This document shows positions 8,114-17,194 of a stretch of 64,000 bases of DNA, in pieces. The notes beneath the pieces were generated by a model, which saw nothing but the letters and a program-made list of their open reading frames with translations, was not told where the DNA came from and did no database searches. The DNA is from an uncultured Gammaproteobacteria bacterium (GTDB lineage: Bacteria; Patescibacteriota; Patescibacteriia; Patescibacteriales; JAGXOH01), in contig CAZWNU010000001.1 of the NCBI GenBank assembly GCA_964635515.1, positions 5,068 through 69,067 on the forward strand, in the 5' to 3' direction. Numbering within the stretch: the stretch's first letter is position 1; each line of letters begins with the position of its first letter. The position numbers were made by a program, and so were the translations under genes.

Positions 8114-9160
8114 ATGGAAGATGTATTAAAATACTTCAGAGAGGCCATAAAAAAAGGTGCTTCTGATCTTCATTTGGTGGCGGACAGTAAACCTGCTATA
8201 AGACTGGAGGGAGGCTTAATTAGAATAGGAGAGAGGCCCATTATTCATGAAGAATTCATGGAGCAAGTAAAAAAACTTATAACCAAAGAGCAGCTGGAGA
8301 GCTTAATGAAGGAAAAAGAACTGGATATGTCTTTGAAAGTAGGTGACCAACATTTTAGAGTTAATTTTCATTTTCAAAAAAGAAAATTGGGAATGGCCGC
8401 CAGAGTGATGCCTAAAAGCCCTCCAGGGCCAGAGGAAATAGGATTTGATGAGACACTATACGGATTAACCCATTTGAATGATGGTCTGGTTCTGGTAACC
8501 GGTCCGGCCGGGTCGGGAAAATCGACCACATTGGCCACAATGCTCAATATTATTAACTTAGAAAGGAGGAGTCATATAATTACCATAGAGGACCCTATTG
8601 AATACCATTTCGAGAATATACAATCAATTGTGGAGCAGAGAGAACTTAATTTTGATACTCATAGTTTTGCCTCGGCCTTAAAGCACTCTTTGCGACAAGA
8701 CCCCAATGTTATTATGGTCGGAGAAATGAGGGATCAAGAGACCATAACAACCGCCCTGCAAGCAGCAGAAACAGGTCATCTGGTTTTTTCTACTCTTCAT
8801 ACCTCCACCGCCCTGGAGACCGTTTCTAGAATTGTTGACATGTTTCCGGCAAGTTCCCATAAAAGAATTTTGAATCAACTCTCTTCTTGTCTTAGAGCGG
8901 TAATATCCCAACAATTACTTCCCAGAAAAAAAGGCGGCTTGGTGGTAGCAAGAGAAATAATGATAAATAACCCGGCCATATCCAACCTAATAAGGGCGGA
9001 TAAGCTAGAGCAGATCTACAGCGCTATAGAAACGGGTAGTCAGGACGGGATGATAACCATGAACAAAGCTATTGAAAGCTTGTATGAAAAAGATGTTATC
9101 AGTGAAAAAACGGCTGAATCCAAAAAAAGAGAAAACAGCAGTTCCTCTACTTATTATTAA
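8114..9160 (+). CDS. pilT: Type IV pilus retraction ATPase PilT (PilT/PilU family)
   Basis: GPAGSGKSTT Walker A, IITIEDPIEY, DPNVIMVGEMRD, TGHLVFSTLHT. Confidence 0.85.
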   Translation: MEDVLKYFREAIKKGASDLHLVADSKPAIRLEGGLIRIGERPIIHEEFMEQVKKLITKEQLESLMKEKELDMSLKVGDQHFRVNFHFQKRKLGMAARVMPKSPPGPEEIGFDETLYGLTHLNDGLVLVTGPAGSGKSTTLATMLNIINLERRSHIITIEDPIEYHFENIQSIVEQRELNFDTHSFASALKHSLRQDPNVIMVGEMRDQETITTALQAAETGHLVFSTLHTSTALETVSRIVDMFPASSHKRILNQLSSCLRAVISQQLLPRKKGGLVVAREIMINNPAISNLIRADKLEQIYSAIETGSQDGMITMNKAIESLYEKDVISEKTAESKKRENSSSSTYY

Positions 9161-9169
9161 ACAAAAATT

Positions 9170-9499
9170 ATGACCCTAGATAAATGGAAGGAGATAGTTG
9201 GTCAAATAAAAGATAATTTTGAAGTTGAAAGTCACGAATCCTACCACCTGGAAGATCAAGGAGGTATGGAAGTAGAAGATATAGTTTTTCAAAGCCCTTT
9301 AGGTAAAACAAAACTGGAATTTATAAGTAAACCTCTTTTATTAGACAAAAAGACCAGCTACTCAAAAAGATTAGGCTCAGACGTCAAAATAGAGAATGTT
9401 TACAGCCAGGAAGAAAAGGTTTATAACATGAATGCCTACAAATGGGATGAAGAAGCCGGTGATTGGTTGGAAATTGATTCTAAAAATTTTGATCTATGA
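9170..9499 (+). CDS. Hypothetical soluble protein
   Basis: ORF in an operon-like position after pilT; its stop overlaps the next gene's start. Confidence 0.4.
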   Translation: MTLDKWKEIVGQIKDNFEVESHESYHLEDQGGMEVEDIVFQSPLGKTKLEFISKPLLLDKKTSYSKRLGSDVKIENVYSQEEKVYNMNAYKWDEEAGDWLEIDSKNFDL

Positions 9500-10251
9500 T
9501 CAACCCCAAGATTTCAATACTTTTATCAAGTTTTGGTATTTTTGTGTTGTTTGAATTGTTCTATCATCAACCCCAATTCTTCTATTTCGGTCTTCTTTTT
9601 TCCAATATAGTGTTGCTATTATCTTTAAGGAACCTGCCCGAACAGAAATTCAAAAACAAAAAATATTGGAAATTCTTAATTTTGCCCTTTTTTTTTCTAA
9701 ACAGTTCCGCCGCCTATATCTCGCTTTTGAATTGGGGATTCTTAATCCACTTTTTAATAATAATAACCGCTATTTTCATATATCTTTATTTAAGGCAAAT
9801 TTACTTATTTCAAGTTTTCAAAGAGCATAATATTGATTTGGCCAATATATCTTCCCTGGGTGTTATATTGACATTTTTTTTCTTTTCCTCTTCGATCTAC
9901 GGTTTAAAACTATCACTGCACCTGCCTATCTGGATGTTAATTTTAGTCTTGTTAATAATATCGAGCTTGATCAGTTACAAATCTTTCTGGGTAAATAATA
10001 TAGATTTAAACAAGGGGTTGCTACATCTTCTAATAATAAACTTGGTTATAGTACAAATAGCCTGGACTCTTTTCTTTTTACCTTTTTCCTATAACATACT
10101 TGGAGTCATTCTAACAATTTGTTATTATATAATAATAGGGATGAACAAATTTTACTTAAAAGGCACTCTAGACAAAAAAAGGATTAAATTCTATTTAGGT
10201 TTCGGTCTATCCAGTTTATTTTTAATTTTACTAACTTCTCAAGTTTTATAG
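9496..10251 (+). CDS. Hypothetical polytopic membrane protein (about 7 TM)
   Basis: Strongly hydrophobic throughout; overlaps the preceding ORF by 4 nt. Confidence 0.45.
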   Translation: MINPKISILLSSFGIFVLFELFYHQPQFFYFGLLFSNIVLLLSLRNLPEQKFKNKKYWKFLILPFFFLNSSAAYISLLNWGFLIHFLIIITAIFIYLYLRQIYLFQVFKEHNIDLANISSLGVILTFFFFSSSIYGLKLSLHLPIWMLILVLLIISSLISYKSFWVNNIDLNKGLLHLLIINLVIVQIAWTLFFLPFSYNILGVILTICYYIIIGMNKFYLKGTLDKKRIKFYLGFGLSSLFLILLTSQVL

Positions 10252-10356
10252 TCTGAAGATGAGGCTCATTTCCATGCTATTATTTAAAGCAAAAGCTGGG
10301 GAGTAAAGAGTAAAAAACATTGACTTAATTTTAGTTCAACTAAATTTTCAAAAGCT

Positions 10357-11520
10357 ATGAAGAAAGAAAAATCCAACAACAAAACCATATCTCTGGCATT
10401 ATTGGCTGTGATTTTAGGATTGTTGGCCGGGATAACCGGAGGCTTGATATCCAGAGATCACATGCTTCAAGATCTATATGGCCTACCCTTTGGCAATGAA
10501 TTTAACTTATCTCATACCGGACTCGACAGCCCGAACCTGGTTATCAAGGACGCCAAAAAAATCACTGTGGAACAAGAAAAAAAGATAGAAGAAACAATTA
10601 AAAGCTCCTCTAAAAGCTTGGTTGGTATTTTTGAAAAGATTCCCAAAAGAGAAGAGGACGATGTTTTAGGCTCAGAAATAAGTTTAGATGATTTTTATAA
10701 TCTCCAAAATCATATCGGGCAAGGTTTTGTAGTCACTAGCGATGGCTGGTTGATCACCGATACCCTTCCTGCGATTCTAAATGAAAATGACATTATTGAT
10801 AATTATGTAGTTATTGACTCGGAAAAAGAAGTTTACGAAATCGATGAGGTTAGAAATGTAGACAACAGTCCTTTTTCTTTTCTACGCCTTAAAGGCGCCA
10901 GAGGATTTCCAGTAAGGCAAATAGCCGAAGAAGATGAGATTAGGCCCGGAAACTGGGTCTTAGCTGTTGATTGGGAAGGGAGGAGCCACCTGAACTCAAT
11001 CCTAAAAAAAGAAGATCCTGGAGGTCTGCTAAAATCAAGTGATGATTTTCATAGAAAAATAATCTTATCGCAAAACCTAGAGGGTATTTTTGACTCCGCC
11101 TTTATCTTTAACCTCAAAGGGGCGCTGGTGGGTATCTATAACAGTCAGGAAGACAAACTGGTATCAATAAATAATTTCAAAGCCAAGATCAACAGTTTGT
11201 TAAGAGACGGGGATATAAAAACACCTGTTCTGGGGGTTAACTATATAGACCTAGAACAATTGATTATTGATGATGATGACTATAAACAGGGAGCGCTGAT
11301 TTACCCTGATCAAAACGGAGTGGCTATAAAAGAAGGGAGTCCGGCTGAAGAGGCGGGGCTGCGGACTGGAGATGTCATCACCTCTATAAATAATGTCGAC
11401 CTTGAAAGCCCGGACAAAGGACTGAGCTACTTGATTCAACAATACTCCCCAGGAGATCGAATTAGGATTATCTATTTAAGGGAAGGGGAGAGCGATAGTA
11501 AAGACATTAGGCTTCGATAG
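10357..11520 (+). CDS. HtrA/DegP-like membrane-anchored protein with a C-terminal PDZ domain; the catalytic triad appears lost (pseudo-protease)
   Basis: N-terminal TM, a trypsin-fold region alignable to DegP, and a PDZ domain (GALIYPDQNGVAIKEGSPAEEAGLRTGDVITSINN). At the His/Asp/Ser positions it reads ITDTLPA / SPFSFLRL / FNLKGALV, where DegP has TNNHVV / SDIALI / GNSGGALV. Confidence 0.5.
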   Translation: MKKEKSNNKTISLALLAVILGLLAGITGGLISRDHMLQDLYGLPFGNEFNLSHTGLDSPNLVIKDAKKITVEQEKKIEETIKSSSKSLVGIFEKIPKREEDDVLGSEISLDDFYNLQNHIGQGFVVTSDGWLITDTLPAILNENDIIDNYVVIDSEKEVYEIDEVRNVDNSPFSFLRLKGARGFPVRQIAEEDEIRPGNWVLAVDWEGRSHLNSILKKEDPGGLLKSSDDFHRKIILSQNLEGIFDSAFIFNLKGALVGIYNSQEDKLVSINNFKAKINSLLRDGDIKTPVLGVNYIDLEQLIIDDDDYKQGALIYPDQNGVAIKEGSPAEEAGLRTGDVITSINNVDLESPDKGLSYLIQQYSPGDRIRIIYLREGESDSKDIRLR

Positions 11521-11539
11521 ATTAATTTTAAAGGATATT

Positions 11540-12763
11540 ATGAAAATAAAGTCTATAGAAAACGAAATTTCTGCCATTAGAGGAAAAAAGGTGTTTTTAA
11601 GAGTGGATTTTAACGTTCCTATAGAAAAAGGCAAAATAAAAGATGATCAAAAAATTGTGGCCAGTCTAAAAACAATCAGGTTCTTACTTCGCTACAATTG
11701 TTCCTTAATTATAGCGACCCACCTGGGCAGGCCCAGGGGTAAAAAAAGTAAGAAATATTCTACTGAAGTTCTCGCCTCCAGATTAGGAAAGTTGTTGGGA
11801 GAAAAAGTTAAGACCGAAGATTCCTTAAAATTGAAGAAATATAAAAATATAAAGTTCATTAATGATTGCATTGGAGACAAAGTAGAAAAAGCCTCGGAGG
11901 AGCTAAAACCGAGAGAGATACTCTTTTTAGAAAATTTGCGTTTTCATCCGGGAGAAGAAAGAAATAATAAATTATTTGCCAAAAAATTGGCCTCCTTGGC
12001 CGATCTTTATATAAATAACGCCTTTTCGGTGTGCCATAGAGAGCACGCCTCAGTGGCTGCTATAAAAAAATATCTGCCCTGTTTTGCCGGATATTTAATT
12101 AAAAGAGAGTTGGAAAGCCTGGAAAAAATAAATAAACCGCAAAGACCCCTGATAACCGTCATGGGAGGGGTTAAAGTTGTCACCAAGATCAACTTCATAA
12201 AGACCCTAGCCACAAAATCGGACAAACTTCTTTTAGGAGGAGCTTTGGCCAACAATTTTCTAGAAGCTCATGGAATAAAAACCAGAAAATCACTAAAGGA
12301 TAAAAAAAGTATAGAATTGGCAAAAAAGATCCTTGACCGGTTCTCGGATAAGATAATTCTTCCTGTTGATGTAGTTGTAACAAAAGAGATAAAAGGAAAA
12401 AGGGCTATGGTAAAAAATATTAATAACTTAGAGCCAGGAGAAAAAATAGTAGATATTGGACCAGAGACTTTAAGGCTCTATTCCAAACATATTAAAAAGG
12501 CAGAGACCATAATATGGAACGGGCCGATGGGCTTGTTTGAAAATAAAAATTTTGAACATGGTAGCCTGTTCATGGCCAGGGTAATAGCATCTCGATCCAC
12601 CGGAACCGCTTTCGGATTAGCCGGAGGTGGTGAAACAGTCGAGATTCTAAAAAGAAGTGAAATGATGGAGCATATGGATTGGGTTTCAACAGGTGGGGGA
12701 GCTATGCTTTCTTATCTAAGTAAAGAAAAAATGCCTGGGTTAAAAAAAATAACTTCTAAATAA
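11540..12763 (+). CDS. pgk: Phosphoglycerate kinase
   Basis: RVDFNVP near the N-terminus; a PGK-length protein with a GGGA-like C-terminal region. Confidence 0.9.
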   Translation: MKIKSIENEISAIRGKKVFLRVDFNVPIEKGKIKDDQKIVASLKTIRFLLRYNCSLIIATHLGRPRGKKSKKYSTEVLASRLGKLLGEKVKTEDSLKLKKYKNIKFINDCIGDKVEKASEELKPREILFLENLRFHPGEERNNKLFAKKLASLADLYINNAFSVCHREHASVAAIKKYLPCFAGYLIKRELESLEKINKPQRPLITVMGGVKVVTKINFIKTLATKSDKLLLGGALANNFLEAHGIKTRKSLKDKKSIELAKKILDRFSDKIILPVDVVVTKEIKGKRAMVKNINNLEPGEKIVDIGPETLRLYSKHIKKAETIIWNGPMGLFENKNFEHGSLFMARVIASRSTGTAFGLAGGGETVEILKRSEMMEHMDWVSTGGGAMLSYLSKEKMPGLKKITSK

Positions 12764-12779
12764 TTAAAATAATTGAATT

Positions 12780-14054
12780 ATGACCAGTAAAATAAAAGAA
12801 ATAGTGGCCAGAGAAATTCTTGATTCTCGGGGCGACCCTACGGTGGAGACCAAGGTTGTCTTGGGAAATGGCTTAACAACTAGAGCCAGTGTCCCCTCTG
12901 GGGCATCTACAGGCCTTCATGAAGCCTTGGAGTTAAGAGATGAAGATCCTAATAGGTATCATGGCAAGGGGGTCACCAAGGCAGTAAAAAACGTTAACAA
13001 AATAATATTTCCCAAGATAAAATCTCTTGATATTACAAAGCAAGAAAAAATAGATGATGAGTTAATGAAATTGGATGGAACCGATGACAAAAGCAACCTG
13101 GGAGCCAACGCCATGCTGTCCGTTTCTTTAGCTTGCGCTAGAGCCGGGGCTTTGGTCAAAAACCAAGAATTGTTTCGTTATTTAAGTCAAACTTTTAGAT
13201 TTGGTAGAAAAAAATATACCATGCCCACACCCTCATTCAATATTTTTAATGGAGGTAAGCATGCTGATACCAATCTTGATTTTCAAGAATTCATGATACT
13301 GCCTTTAAAGACGAAACCTTCTGAGAAAATCTTTACCGAGAAGGTTAGAATGGGTGCTGAAATTTTTCATGAACTTGGTAGGATTCTTAAAAAGGCTGGT
13401 CTTGATACGGATGTCGGAGCTGAAGGAGGTTATGCTCCTGATATAAACTCTTCCGTTCAGGCGATTGAGTTGATCTTGTCAGCCATTGTTGAAGCTGGAT
13501 ACAAACCCGGAGAGGATGTCGCCTTGGGAACGGATGTGGGGTCATCAGAGCTTTATAACCCCAAAACCGGAGAATATACTTTTAAACTGGATGACTTTCA
13601 CTTTACAAATACCACCTTAACAAATCTTTACTATGAATGGTTCAGAAAATATCCTTTGATATTAATAGAAGACGGTTTAGCAGAGGATGATTGGGAAGGA
13701 TGGAGAGGATTGACCAGAAACCTAGGGGATGAAATTATCATAGTAGGCGATGACCTGTTTGTGACTAATATAAACAGGGTCAGAAGGGGTATAAAGGAGA
13801 AAGTGGCCAACACTGTTCTAATAAAACCGAATCAGGTGGGAACCCTGAGTGAAACCATGGAGTGCGTCAAGTTAGCTCAAAGGCATAATTATAAAACCAT
13901 GGTCTCTCATAGAAGTGGGGAGACCTGTGATAGTTTTATAGCAGACTTGGCGGTTGCCATCAGAAGTGATTATATTAAATCCGGGTCCCTATCTCGAGGA
14001 GAAAGGTTAGCCAAATATAACAGGTTAATGGAGATTGAAGATGAATTATTTTAG
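12780..14054 (+). CDS. eno: Enolase
   Basis: IVAREILDSRGDPTVE, SHRSGETED-like (SHRSGETCD) and a KxNQIGT-like (KPNQVGT) motif. Confidence 0.95.
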   Translation: MTSKIKEIVAREILDSRGDPTVETKVVLGNGLTTRASVPSGASTGLHEALELRDEDPNRYHGKGVTKAVKNVNKIIFPKIKSLDITKQEKIDDELMKLDGTDDKSNLGANAMLSVSLACARAGALVKNQELFRYLSQTFRFGRKKYTMPTPSFNIFNGGKHADTNLDFQEFMILPLKTKPSEKIFTEKVRMGAEIFHELGRILKKAGLDTDVGAEGGYAPDINSSVQAIELILSAIVEAGYKPGEDVALGTDVGSSELYNPKTGEYTFKLDDFHFTNTTLTNLYYEWFRKYPLILIEDGLAEDDWEGWRGLTRNLGDEIIIVGDDLFVTNINRVRRGIKEKVANTVLIKPNQVGTLSETMECVKLAQRHNYKTMVSHRSGETCDSFIADLAVAIRSDYIKSGSLSRGERLAKYNRLMEIEDELF

Positions 14055-14078
14055 TTAAAATTTTACCGGAAACTTAAT

Positions 14079-15623
14079 ATGACAAAGAGAAAAAATCAAG
14101 AACTTTCGCCACTTCTTCTTCTGACTGTCGATGGTTGGGATACGAATTGGAAGAATAACGATATCTTAAAACAAGCCGAGACTCCGAACTTGGATAATCT
14201 TATCTCTACTTATCCCTGTACTGTATTGAATATAAGTAGAAACAGTGAGGCTTTAAGAAAAAATAAGGATCAGAGCGAAGTGGGTTACTACGAAATGGGA
14301 TCAGGTGAAGATTTTTTTACCCCTCTGCATTTTATTGACAAAGAAATAAGGAATAATAGTTTTTTTAAAAACAAAAACTTATTAAAAGCAGTTGATCATG
14401 TTAAAAACAATAATTCTAATCTACACCTTTTGGGGCTAGCGTCCAGCTCCATGATTCACTCCTCCTTGGATCATTTGGAGAAACTTTTAGTAATGGTTAA
14501 AAAAGAAGGGCTAACTTCATCTCAGGTTTATCTCCATATAATTCTAGACGGGGTAGATGACCACAAAGAAAAAGGGCTAGAGATGATAAAAGAGATAGGG
14601 AAAATGATCAACGAGCAGGGGATTGGCCGAATAGCTAGTGTCCATGGTAGCCTTTATGCTATGGATAGGGCAAATCACTGGAATCGGATAGCCAAGAGCT
14701 ACTTGGCCCTAGTCGAAGGAGAGGGGGTAGAGACTGAAAATATTGAAAAAAACTTGGAGAAAAATTACAAGAAGGAAATATATGATTACGAAATAATGCC
14801 CACTGTGAGGGTTGAAGACGGTAGGGCTGTGACCAAAGTCCGATCTGGAGATAGTTTAATTTTTTTCAATGTTGAAGAGGACTATGTTAGGGAATTAACA
14901 GAAGCTTTTACTGTAATCGAGTGGGACAAATTTCCCAACAGGAGATATGTGGAAAAACTTTTTTTTGTGAATTTTGTCTCTTGCAAGGAAGAGCCGCCAG
15001 CTCAAACAGCTTTTTGTAAAAAAATCCCGAAATCCAGCTTAAGTGAGGTCCTAGCTGAAAAAAGTCTGAAACAATTAAAGCTTTCTGGCCAAAGAAAGAA
15101 CATTCATATCAACTATTTTTTTAAAGGAGAAAAAGAAATTAAATTGGAATACGAGGACAAAGAAACAATTAGTAGTGAAAAGAAAAATTTGGTTTCAAAA
15201 GAACAGGAGATTACTACCCAAATTGGAGAAAAAATGTTAAAATATATTAAGGAAGATCAATACGAATTTTCTCTAGTAAACCTTGCCAATTTTAGACAGT
15301 CTTTTTTTAAAGAAGAAAACCGAGAGCAGTTTCTGGAATATATTGAATCAGTGGATAACTGGATAGGGAAAGTAATTAAAGAGGCCTTGAATAAGGACAT
15401 TATTGCCATAATAACTTCTACTTCCAGCTTAGAAGGAAAAAACAAGGTTCCTATATTAATGATAAGCAACGACTGGGAGGGAAAAACCTTAGGTTGGAAA
15501 CAGTTCCCAGAAAAAGAACTGGATATAGTCAAGCCCCAAGGGAGTTTAAAACATATATATCCCACTGTTTTAAAAATATTTAATATAAGATACAACAAAG
15601 ACAAGTTAAAACCTTTGTTTTAA
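14079..15623 (+). CDS. Probable 2,3-bisphosphoglycerate-independent phosphoglycerate mutase (divergent iPGM)
   Basis: LLLLTVDGWD and LHLLGLASSSMIHSSLDHL resemble the iPGM N-terminal phosphatase-domain motifs. It sits immediately after pgk-eno. Confidence 0.55.
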   Translation: MTKRKNQELSPLLLLTVDGWDTNWKNNDILKQAETPNLDNLISTYPCTVLNISRNSEALRKNKDQSEVGYYEMGSGEDFFTPLHFIDKEIRNNSFFKNKNLLKAVDHVKNNNSNLHLLGLASSSMIHSSLDHLEKLLVMVKKEGLTSSQVYLHIILDGVDDHKEKGLEMIKEIGKMINEQGIGRIASVHGSLYAMDRANHWNRIAKSYLALVEGEGVETENIEKNLEKNYKKEIYDYEIMPTVRVEDGRAVTKVRSGDSLIFFNVEEDYVRELTEAFTVIEWDKFPNRRYVEKLFFVNFVSCKEEPPAQTAFCKKIPKSSLSEVLAEKSLKQLKLSGQRKNIHINYFFKGEKEIKLEYEDKETISSEKKNLVSKEQEITTQIGEKMLKYIKEDQYEFSLVNLANFRQSFFKEENREQFLEYIESVDNWIGKVIKEALNKDIIAIITSTSSLEGKNKVPILMISNDWEGKTLGWKQFPEKELDIVKPQGSLKHIYPTVLKIFNIRYNKDKLKPLF

Positions 15624-15628
15624 TCGAT

Positions 15629-16660
15629 ATGTCCATTATTTTAAAAAAAAGCAAGGTCTATCTAAAAATATTATTGGTATTTTTTATAAGTTTGTTTTTA
15701 TTCGGAACTTACGGGAGTAGAAATATCGAATATATATCCTCTTCCTCCCAAGAATCAGATGCCATAGCTATTAAGATTTTAGAAAACGAGAGAAATCACA
15801 AGCCGCTTGTTTGGTACCAAAGACAAGGTTATACAGGTAGTCCGCAAGAAATTAAAGTAGGGGGGTACCCGGCTATCCAACATGGTCGAAGTATCTATGT
15901 TAATGTCGGCGAGCGGGAAGCAGGGGGTGGTTTTAACTCCCATATTTACCTAATCTCACACAATCAAGATGTGGATCCGACCACCTTGGAAATATACAGA
16001 CGCTTGGTTAGCAACTGGACTTTTAACACCGACATTGATTCCAACTCAGGGGACAGATGTGAGATCTCTGCTTTTGTGTGCCTGGAGGACGAACATTGTC
16101 CCCAAGGGTTTACTTGTAGAGGAAATAATAAATGCTTACCGGAAGACGATGACGAAATACCCCCTTGTCGTACTGATGAGCATTGTCCACAGGGATTATT
16201 TTGTAATAGTGATAAAGCAAAATTAATCAGAGACACTATTCGAGTCGGGGATATAAGAGAGATAGAAATGTATCTAAGAAGGTATGAATCACAAGTTGGC
16301 CAATACCCAGGATTGGGAGCTGGTACTTACCTTCCAGGGATGACCATGTCCGTTTGGCCTAGTTGGCAAGATGAATTTGCTCAAGAACTGGGATGGACAC
16401 CACCCCTGGATCCAATTAATGTTTTGGGAGAGTGTGCTGGTGACAATTATGATCCCAGAACCTGTTGGGATGATGTTCAAAAAAGATTCGGGGGCCACGG
16501 TGGTGGTTTGAATATGCCAAACGAAAGCTCGGCCTATGGTTACCAAGCAATAAATGACGGAGAGGGTTACACTTTGTGCACTCCTCTTGAATATACTAAT
16601 ACTGGCGGAGGTTCTATCTGCTCAGGCGCTGCTCATGGGGTGTTTGTAACCAGTGACTAA
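15629..16660 (+). CDS. Secreted or membrane-anchored cysteine-rich protein with tandem DEHCPQGxxC repeats
   Basis: N-terminal signal/TM segment; the repeats are EDEHCPQGFTCRGNNKC and TDEHCPQGLFCNSDK; further Cys residues at the C-terminus. Confidence 0.5.
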   Translation: MSIILKKSKVYLKILLVFFISLFLFGTYGSRNIEYISSSSQESDAIAIKILENERNHKPLVWYQRQGYTGSPQEIKVGGYPAIQHGRSIYVNVGEREAGGGFNSHIYLISHNQDVDPTTLEIYRRLVSNWTFNTDIDSNSGDRCEISAFVCLEDEHCPQGFTCRGNNKCLPEDDDEIPPCRTDEHCPQGLFCNSDKAKLIRDTIRVGDIREIEMYLRRYESQVGQYPGLGAGTYLPGMTMSVWPSWQDEFAQELGWTPPLDPINVLGECAGDNYDPRTCWDDVQKRFGGHGGGLNMPNESSAYGYQAINDGEGYTLCTPLEYTNTGGGSICSGAAHGVFVTSD

Positions 16661-16684
16661 AATCATCCGGAAATTCGAACAATC

Positions 16685-16714
16685 AAAAAACCCTGGTAAA
16701 AATCAGGGTTTTTT
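16685..16714. terminator. Bidirectional intrinsic terminator between convergent genes
   Basis: AAAAAACCCTG-gtaaaaat-CAGGGTTTTTT. Confidence 0.6.
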
Positions 16715-16750
16715 GTATGAAGTAAACGAGATTAAAAAACAATTAAGGAA

Positions 16751-17179
16751 CTACAAGATATATATAACTACTGCGACCAAAAGGCCAATCAAAGAACCTA
16801 CCACCACTTGAGCCGGGGTGTGGCCAACATTTTCCAGTAAATGAGGGTATTCTTCATCTAAAAATTTATCCTCTCCCAGGTCTTTAATTAAAATATTTAT
16901 AGTTCTTCCATGTCTACCTAAATATCTTCTAATACCTAAAGCATCCCTTATTACTATAATAGCTAAAATAAATGAAAGAGCGAAGATGGCAGAATCCCAC
17001 CCCTCTTCCAGAAAAACAGCCATCGCTAAGGCGACTACCATGGCGCTGTGACCGGACGGCATGCCGGAATAAGTTAACAAGTTTTTAAAACTGAACTTTT
17101 GTTTGTTGGTCTTTATCAAGAATTTTATTCCCTGAGCTATTGCTCCGGCGAGAATGGGAGGTATTAATATCGGGGTCAT
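16751..17179 (-). CDS. Divergent PAP2 / DUF212 (YuiD-like) membrane protein
   Basis: YSGMPSGHSAMVVALA signature. Confidence 0.7.
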   Translation of the reverse strand: MTPILIPPILAGAIAQGIKFLIKTNKQKFSFKNLLTYSGMPSGHSAMVVALAMAVFLEEGWDSAIFALSFILAIIVIRDALGIRRYLGRHGRTINILIKDLGEDKFLDEEYPHLLENVGHTPAQVVVGSLIGLLVAVVIYIL

Positions 17180-17194
17180 AAATATGATTTATTA

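Noticed and set aside
15964-16546. Overlapping + and - ORFs (85-90 aa) inside the cysteine-rich protein gene
   Set aside because: They are alternative-frame artefacts of a GC-richer repeat region. The main frame has the signal peptide and the repeat logic.
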